64,000 nt of DNA. Origin: Candidatus Omnitrophota bacterium (lineage in GTDB: Bacteria > Omnitrophota > Omnitrophia > Omnitrophales > Aquincolibacteriaceae). A program made the translations under genes and the position numbers. The stretch covers positions 5,679 through 69,678 of the forward strand of contig JBDRCT010000017.1 of the NCBI GenBank assembly GCA_043821445.1, written 5' to 3'. The notes beneath the pieces were generated by a model. That model did not search any database and was not told the DNA's origin. It saw only the letters and a list, made by a program, of their open reading frames with translations. The stretch's first letter is position 1; every line of letters starts with the position of its first letter. Positions 14,101-23,100 of this stretch are shown here, piece by piece.

Positions 14101-17100
14101 GCCATATTTTTGACTAACTTTGTCAAAAAGATAAAATCGACTTTCAACCGTTCGGAGAACATACTGTTAAAACGGTCGGAAAATTGGTTCTGAACGAGCT
14201 CAGGAACATTGGCGGATCTTGCGTTGATATCTTCCACCTTCATCCCTTTTAAAATGGACGTCGCGTAAAAAACGTAGACCCCCAGGATCCGGAGGTCTGT
14301 GTTTCTGTCCAGAAGCGAGTTCGCCTCTTCCTGATTCATTGCCGTCAACGTCCTATTCGAAAGCAACCCTTCGATCAATTGTGCGTAATTCAGCCCCAAC
14401 TTTTCGTTTCGAGGTAATTGCGCCATGAATTTCTTGAAATCCGGATCATTCAGCTTTTCCTTAAGCGAAGGCTTCCCGTCGGTCCCGGACCGGGACAATG
14501 TTTTCAGGATCTCGAACATCGCGAGCCTTTCATTGGGGGTCAACCGCATCGCATCAAAAAGCCGGACGAAGACATCTTCCACCAGGACTGGCTCGCTCAA
14601 TCCCCCGACAACTTTGCCGTCACGGCCACGCTCGATAACCGCGGTGTCGGCACCAAACATATTTCTCCACAGTTCGCTCACGGAAGGTACGTATGGCTCG
14701 TTGGTGTTTTTATCACGATAATCCGTTCGCGGCTCAATAACCGGCGGTTTTTTCTCCTCGCCAAGTTTTTTCTGAAGGACCTTGAGATCCACTACCGCTT
14801 CGGCCGGCTCCGGAGGAACAGGAAGTTGCGCAACCTCGGCCGCTTCCCTGTCGATCCGCGCTTCCGCCTGCTGAAGTTGTTCCAGGGCTACCTGTTGGCG
14901 CGTCTGGTACGGCAACGGCGCTCTGGCCGTGTGCTGGACCCTCTGTGCTTCCTCGTGAAGGCCCATCAGCTCCGTGGTATGGGAAAGATTGATCAAAGAT
15001 TTTTGAAATTCAAAATTGATGCCCGTAAGACGCAGGGAATCGTTCTCGCGGTAGTCAAAAGCGGCCAGAACATCGTTCACGGTCTTGACTGTGCGGCCAG
15101 GCTCCCCGATCGCACGGTAACCGGCCGTGGCGTCATTCGCAAAGCTTAATGACCCCGCGAATTCATCCGCGATCTGGACCAGCCGGACGCGATTCAGGAC
15201 AAAAGCGGCGTATTCTTCGAGAGCCTGCATTTGGACCGCTCTCCTGAGAGGGTCTTGCTGCGCCACCGCCAGTTCTTTCTTTGCTTTTTCAATGTTCACG
15301 AGTTCCGTTTTCGCACGGTCGATCAAGTGGCGCGTATATTCGGCGCCGACCGAGGGATGGTAACCGGCGAAGATCCCGACTTGGGAAGTCCAGCTGCGGT
15401 TCTTCTCCGCTTGCTTGACTTCGGCCGTGGCTACATCGTTGTTCCTCAAGATCGATTGGAACCTGGGGTCTTCCGCGGCACTCTTCAACATCTTCGCGAC
15501 AACTTCTTCCCCGATAGGTTCCCCGTTGTAGACCCGTTGGAGAAGGTTCGTCGGCGGCACTTGGATATCGATTTCGGCGGGGATCCCGGCGATGAATTTC
15601 AACATGTTCACGTAAATCTCAAAGTCCCGCTCGGCCGTCTTGGCCATGGTCACCGTACGTATGACCGCATCACTGAGTGCTTGTTGGTCTTCGAGAGCGG
15701 TGCCGGTTTGCGCGGCAGCTGCCATTTCCTTCCGGGCCTGCATTTCCTGTTCGCGGATGTCCCAGATGGCCTTGGACCTTAACACGTCTTGCCAGGCCAG
15801 TTCCACTAAGCGCTGTCGGATGTCCCTGCGAAACTCTTTTTCAAGACCCAATTGTTTCGCCCGAGCCATATAAATCTCAAGCTGCGTTTTGCTGAATGCA
15901 AGTTCTCTAAAGTCAAAGGTCACCCGACCGCCCGCTTGAAAATCATCTCCTCTGCCGAATCCGAGAGGAATCCTGAAAACTTCCGTGCTGATAGCCAAAG
16001 GCCGCAAATAACGACCATATTCCTGTATATCCCGTAATTCTTGGGCAAGTTTTTCGTTGGAGTCCGCAACACGGTCGCTGTTGCTTTTGACGAAATCCCG
16101 GAGATTCTCAGGCGTCGTTAGATCAATGACACGGCCTTGGGCCCCGATCTTCAACGTTCCCTTGGTCGCACGATTGACCTGGAGCAGCCGCAAGTTCAGT
16201 TGGTGGATCAGTTCATTGTCATCCTGGTCGTCACGGTTCACCTGACGGATAGCGGTATAAAGCTCCCTGTCGCCGGCATCCGCTAAACCGGCCTGTTCCT
16301 TCTCTTCATATTCACTGATGCTCTCGTCAAGGTCCCCGATCAGGCGCCGGGTTTCCGTCTTCTGGTCCTTCGTGTTGGCGACCTGCCGGTCAAGGTTCTG
16401 GGAAACAAGCCCTTGACGTATGATAAAGTCCTGGTAATCATCGAACATGGTCCGCAGATTCGCCTCGGCCACCGCAATGTCAAGCGTTTTATCTTTCGCC
16501 AGGTGCCCGGAATAAGTCCGCAGGCTCCCGGAGCCGCCGATCCCGATATGCGCGGGGTCTTCGATGATGGCATCAAGATGCTCGCTGATCGGGACATAGT
16601 TCGTCGTCACGGGGACGGCGGAGATGAACGGGACCATGAGGTGCAATTGTTTGTAGCTCTTGTGGTCGGCCGTGTTCAGCATCGCCCACTGGATGCGGAC
16701 CCGTTGCTCGGCGACTTTGCGATCGATATCTTTGTCGAACCCGGAAAGAAGGCCCAATTCTTCTTCACTGAGCTCTCCTTCCATGAAAGACTGTTTGCTT
16801 TTGGGCGTGTAAGTGAACCTGCCCGGGTCTTTACGATCCTCAACGTCACGGCCCATGATGCGGAGCATTTTCTCTTCTGCGCGGTTATGCTCCGACTCCA
16901 GGGAAGTCTTCGCTTCTTCAAAGGAAGAAAGGCGCTGCCTTCCCCATATGATCTGCCGGTCGATATCCTTGATCTTCTCCGGGGTCACACCCTCCTTCTC
17001 CCTCGATGCTTCCAATAGTGCCAACAATGTTTGCTCGTGCATGATCGCGCCCTCAAAGACATCGATACGGTAATGGATCTGATCCAAGAACTGGCGTTGG

Positions 17101-20100
17101 ACAATGATATTCTTGACATAATCGCGCTTATGGGCCTGCTGCAACAATTCCGATTCCTTTAACGCTTGTTCGAAGAAATCCCACTGTGCGGACATGTCCC
17201 CGAAATCCCAAGTGCCAGTCAGGCCTCCGCCCACTCCGGCCTTGAAAACGCCAAGCGCCTCCACGCCGCCGTCCACAAAACGCCGGATGCGGAGGTCCCG
17301 CAGCTTCTTGTCCTTCAATTCCGGATGGCTATCTTTTAGTGCCTGGAGGTCCGCTTTGACTTTCGGAAGCGTAAAATGCAGGGCCTTCAGGTCTTTGGCC
17401 GCCTTCTCTTTTTGCTCCGGGGTGGATTGGTCGGAGTTCAGGACCTCTTCCGCTTTGCGGATACGGGCTTCAATATCACCGATCTGACCGATCCAATTGC
17501 TGAAGTTGATCTCAATACGTACGGCCTCATAGGCCTCAAGTTTGGCCTTATTCACTTTTTCGATCTCTGCCTTGATCACTTCCGGTAAGCGTGGCGCCTT
17601 ACGGAAAAGATCACCGAACTTTTGGAAAAGATCGCGTTCCTTAGGACTGGTCGCCCGTTCATATTCCGAGAAAAGCTGGGCCTCGTATTTCTGAAGATCT
17701 TTGATCTCAACACCATTAACCGTTCCTTTCAGTCTGATTCCCTCCCCAGCCAGCATCTGGATTTCACGTTCTTTGACTTCCCGGGCACGGAACTCCTCAA
17801 GGAGGAGGTTCACATTTTTCCCGCCGGCAAGGTTGTCCGCTAACTCCGTGGCATCAACCGGCCGGTCACTTTGCCGGTATTTCGCTTCAAGCTGGGCGAA
17901 GTACTCCGCGTCGAAAAGTTTTCGGCTTTCCCCTTTTTTGACCTTTTCGGCATCACGCTCGAAATCCTCTTCGAATTTCGCGAGCTTTGCGCTCACCCCG
18001 GACGTAAAACGGTTGATCTCGATTGTTAGTTGTTCCACTTGATGGGCCGTGTCTGCGGCCTGTCTTTTCGCGAGGTCATACTGCTCGACCGCAGCCTTAA
18101 ATCGCATGGACCAGCCCGACTCGTTGCGATAGCGCTGCCGTTCTTCCCTCAAAAGGTTCTCTGCCCCATCAAGCCGGGATTGGACGATCCCGTTAATCCG
18201 GACAGCCGTCTCGAGACGGCCACGCAATGCCTCCTCATCCGCCTTGATCTGCTGGGCGTCCTGATAATATTGCAACGCAGCCCCCTCACGGGAAAGCATG
18301 TGGACCATCGCGGGTGTCTTGGGATCGCGAACGGATGAAAGCGGCGACATGAAGTCGAACGCTTTGGGAGGATTGAAAAAGATACGTGTTCTAAAGAGGA
18401 TCCCCATTTTCCCGCGGGCCTCAGCCAAAGAGGTGTTAAGTACATCCAGCGCATATTTCCCTTGCGCTGCCGCAAGGTCCAGGCTCTGTCCTCGCGCGGC
18501 CGGGGCCGCGGTAGCCTCAAAAAATTTGGCCGCCTCTTTCGGATCTTCCAGTTCTCTCGGGAGGATGATCTTTTTGTCCGTGACCCCGACCAGAGCGCCG
18601 ATCGAACGCAAGATCCCTTCTAATTCAGCACGACGGTCCGCCAGGTCACGCTCCAATTGGCGGCGTAATTTACCGATCGCCATGGCGGCATCCGTGTCCT
18701 GTCCTTCCCGGGTACGTGTTTTCGCAATTTCTTCGTCGTTGCGCACATCTTCAAGCGAAAGCCGCAACTTCTCTGCAAGGATTCTCGCACGGGCATAATT
18801 ATTCCCATGCGTCCTAAGTTCGCGGACAACATCGGCCATTTCCCGGTCCATTTGCAATAGTCCTTCCCGCTCACGGTACGTGGCGATCGCCTGGCGTTCA
18901 TTTTTCGTGGGATCCGACAAATAGAAACTGACCTCGGTGCCGACACCGTATCCTTTAAAAATAAAATCGGTGCCCGCGCGGGCGACAATACTCAAGGTGA
19001 ATTTCCGGTCATTCCTCTGGAACTTCGCCATGGCGTCCAAGATCGCCTTCGAAGGACCTGCCGTGGCCATCCGCGTCGCGATCGCCATTTCCAGCAGCTT
19101 GTCAACACTGACCGGCTGCCCTTCATTAAAAAGAGGCAAAGCGATGGTCACGTTTTCCGTGACCGGAGTATGTTCCTTGGCCTCGGTAACAGCGCTAAAC
19201 CGTTGAAGAATGGCTTCTCGGACAACATTCCGCAGCATCTCGATCTCGGGAGGTGTCAATGCGTTAATGCCGCCGGTCTGGTCCATCAACTCATCAAAAC
19301 CCGCCTGCAGGTCTTCGGCCTTCAACTTTGAAACATCGCCACGGCCGTCGGCGCCCCTCAGGGAGGCCACGTACTGGTCGGCAAGGCTTTTAATGAAACC
19401 GGGCCGACCAAGCAGGGACCTGGCGATCTCGCGGCCGGCATCCGAGGTATTCGCGTTAAAAGTGATCCTGTCGGTGATCTCACTCGTCAGGTAGTTTGCA
19501 AACCTCTGCGCATACCCATTGCGACTTTCCTCAAGGCGGAGTTCTGCTTCCTCCCGTTTTGATACAAGTTCGTCGTGAATCCGTCGCGCCTCTTCGGCCG
19601 CGGCTCCCATCGGTCCGGCAACGGCAGCCGTTTCTACCGTAGCTGCTCTTGTAACGTTCGGAGCGGGCCTCGCGGTAACTGTGGCGGCTTCTTCACCGAT
19701 CGCTGCGACACCTGTCATTGCGACTAAAGATAATACCGCCGACGTATTGGGCCCGAAAATATCGTCGACCGGCTTCGTGAGAGCCCGGAGACTGCGGCCC
19801 TTTAACTGTTCGGTAAATTTTGCGGGAACGGCCGCGCCCGTCATGACAGCGGCGAGCTCGGGGTTGTTCATTACTTCGGTTTGAAATTTTTCGACGACTT
19901 TGGGGTATTTTGCTTCATTAGCCTTAAGCCAGGCACCGATGTTGTAAGGCGTCGGCGCTTTTCCTTCCTGAGCCAACGCTGCCTTGCCTTCCTCGACAGC
20001 TTGCTGTAAATCGGTGGATAATTTCTGAAGTTCCGCGGGCGCGGCCTGCCGCTCGGTCACAAGCTCTGTGCGCTGCGCTTCAGCGGTGGGGACTTCTCTT

Positions 20101-23100
20101 TGCAGTGCGGCGTCTTCCACACGCCCCGCAGCCATTTCTGTAGCTCTCGCCGCAGGAGTGATCGTCGTCGAGGCCGGGACGCCGGATCTTTCCTGAACAG
20201 GCGGTTGGGGCGTGGCCGCTGTCTTTGGCGCGAATAAGGATTGGATACCACTGAAGACTTTCTCGATCAACGGAAGCGGATTGGGGACCATCCCGGCCTG
20301 CATAACTTTTACAGGTTCGCCCGTCGCGGCCGGGGTTTGCACAGCCTCTGCCTTTGCTTGACGGATCACCGTCTCCACGGAGGCAATTGCAATGTTCATT
20401 TCCTCCAAACTCATGGCATGGTTCGGGTCCAAAACAGCATCCGTGACCTTGGAAAATAGTTGTCGCGCCAGCAACGCCGTGACTGACGATTTCGGAAGCT
20501 TACGAAGCTCTCCGTCTAAACGCGCCAGGGCAGGTGACGCTGTCATCCGGACCTTTTCCGCCTGAAGTTCCGCCAAATGCCCGGCCTCTGTCCTATAAGC
20601 TTCGGTCCCCTCGCTCATTCCGGTCATTCTTGCCTGAAGGGTCGCAATGTCATGCGAGACTTGCCGGTCAGCGATATCTGTTCCAACACGGGCCAGGGCA
20701 CTATTCAGAAACACTTCCGGAGCCACAAGCGGCACAAGCCCGCCCAACGACCACATCCCCTGCCACACATTATTGAATAGACCGAGGAGGGTCCGTTCAA
20801 TGAACATCGCCACGGTGTGAAAACCATGGAATTCTGCGATGCCTAAAGGTTTTAAGGCCTGATTTGCCACGCTATCGAGCGATCCAAAAAGATGTAACAC
20901 GGCCGGAATTTCAAATGCCAGGGTGATGAGCCCCATGGCCGTCGTGAAGCCGGAAAGATAGAATCTTCCGCTCCCTAGAGTGCGGTACCGAGCCATGCGG
21001 TTGATCTCCATGCGTGTCGCGACCGCATCATCCACAGCAGAACTGGTCAGAACCCGTCCTGTCTCCCGGGCCTTTTGAATTTCATCCTGTGTGTACCGGC
21101 CGGCCAGCTCAGCCTGAATTCCATTAATACGTTCCAATAAAAGGAGTTGCTCGTTCTGATTCAAACTAAGGACATTCGCGACGATCATGCCGCGCAGCAT
21201 CTCAAGGTGGGACAAGAGGAACATATCGAACGTTTTCTCATCCATCCCAAGCTGTTTGGCCATTTCCTGGCGTTGTTCCGGCCCGATCGCATCAAAGTAC
21301 TGTCCTATTCCTTCATAAGTCAAAGTCGAAACGGATTTGCCGCCCTCTGTCCTGCTAAAAGCGAAGAACCCGGAAGCCTCCATCGTTTTAAAGCCGTACG
21401 ACCGCATTAGTTTCAGGACAGGTTCAAGGAAATATTTTTCCTGAATATGCTCAGCACGGCTTTTCTTAGCGGCCCCGCCGTACGCCATGATCATGCCGAG
21501 GAAAACATCTTTAAGGAGCGTGCCAAGACTTAAGGGAACCGCATCACCAAAGACTTTCAGAACGACTTGCTTACTGAACAGGTTGTGCGGAATAAATGAA
21601 ATGAGGTCGGGCGCCACAAATGCGCCGATCAACAAATAGCCCGCAATTCCGAGCCCGGCCGCCATCCCGAAAACGGAACCCGCGGTCTTGACGCGGTAAC
21701 TCCGTGTGGCCTTTTTGATCTCCGCCGCCTTTTGCGCTTCATTCAATTCGGTCTTCGGGAGCGCCCCGTATTTGCCCTCGATAGCGGCTAAGGTCTCTTT
21801 GAATTTTTCTTTACGGATCTGATAGACCCCGTAAGCGCGGTAGGAAACAAAAAGGGCAAGCGCGATACCGGTCCCGATCGGCCCCGTAAGGATGAAGGCC
21901 CCGGCGATGATCCCTTTGAAGAACAACGCGCCGCGGCCAAAAACGAACCATTGGAAAAAAGCCCCCAAGGGATTGGTAATATCGGAAAGGACGTAACGGA
22001 CCGCTTTTGCGGAAGTAGCTTTGGAACCCAGAAAATCTGTGATCTTTTTTGCCAAAAAGTTCTGAAGATGCAGGACCCGGATGATACGGGCATGAAGGGC
22101 GTCGCTGCGCGCGAGGTGATTCGCTACATTCTGAAGTCTCTTTTGGACCACGATGTGCTGGTCAAAAAGAGTGCGGATCCGTTGGGCTTCTGCAGAAGGA
22201 AGACCGGCCAACACCTGATCCAATTCCTTGTTCACCTGGTCCCAATCCCCGGTCGTCGTCGCAGCCTGCCGGCTCAACTCTTTCGCTTTTTCCGCAAGGG
22301 CCGTCAATGCCGCATCCTTCTTCTCAGTGAGATAGTCCTCGATCGTTTGCCCTACCACCAAGGGAAGCCGGCGATTCAAGGCATCCGTCAGAGCCTTCAC
22401 ATCGACGATCGCTTCCCCGGTTTCCGGATCGATCTCGACTTTTCCATCCTTGCCGATCTTTACAAAATAGGTCCGCTGTCCCGTTCCGTGGATGCGGTAC
22501 ATGATGGGATAAATAAGTTTTTGAATGAACGAAGACATGAGTTGGATCGATAGATAGAGCGGCGCACCCAGAACAAACAAAACCCCCAGCAATCCTTTTG
22601 CGACAGAGCCGCTCTTAAAGAGAGTTTTGACGTTCTCAATAAAGACAAACGTCACGTTGGCCATTTCCTTGGTCATCATCAGACCGATGACCGCTCCAAG
22701 GGCCAACACAGGCCACGCAAGGGAAATAAGCGCTGCCACTCCGACGCCTGTCAACAGACCGACTGCAAGGCCTGTCGCATAGAAAATCCCTTTGTGTGAT
22801 TTCACGCGAAGGTCAAGAGTCTTCTGTTCTTTCATATGCTGGCGCTGTTCAAAATCTTTTTCGACCTGCAGGTCGCGGATCGCTCTTTCAACTTCTTCCA
22901 ACTGCGCCAGGCTTAGGTCTTCTAAACGGACCGGCGTTTTTCCATCCACACGCAAACTCGGGATCTTCGCCAGCAGTTCCTCTTCTTTCATACTGTGTCC
23001 GGTCCTACCCAACGTCCGAGCCCGAATTTGATGGATAAAGAGGTCTTTGTCTTTTTTAGCGAAGCGCGTAAATGCAGATATCCCGGATAGCCCCTCGGCT

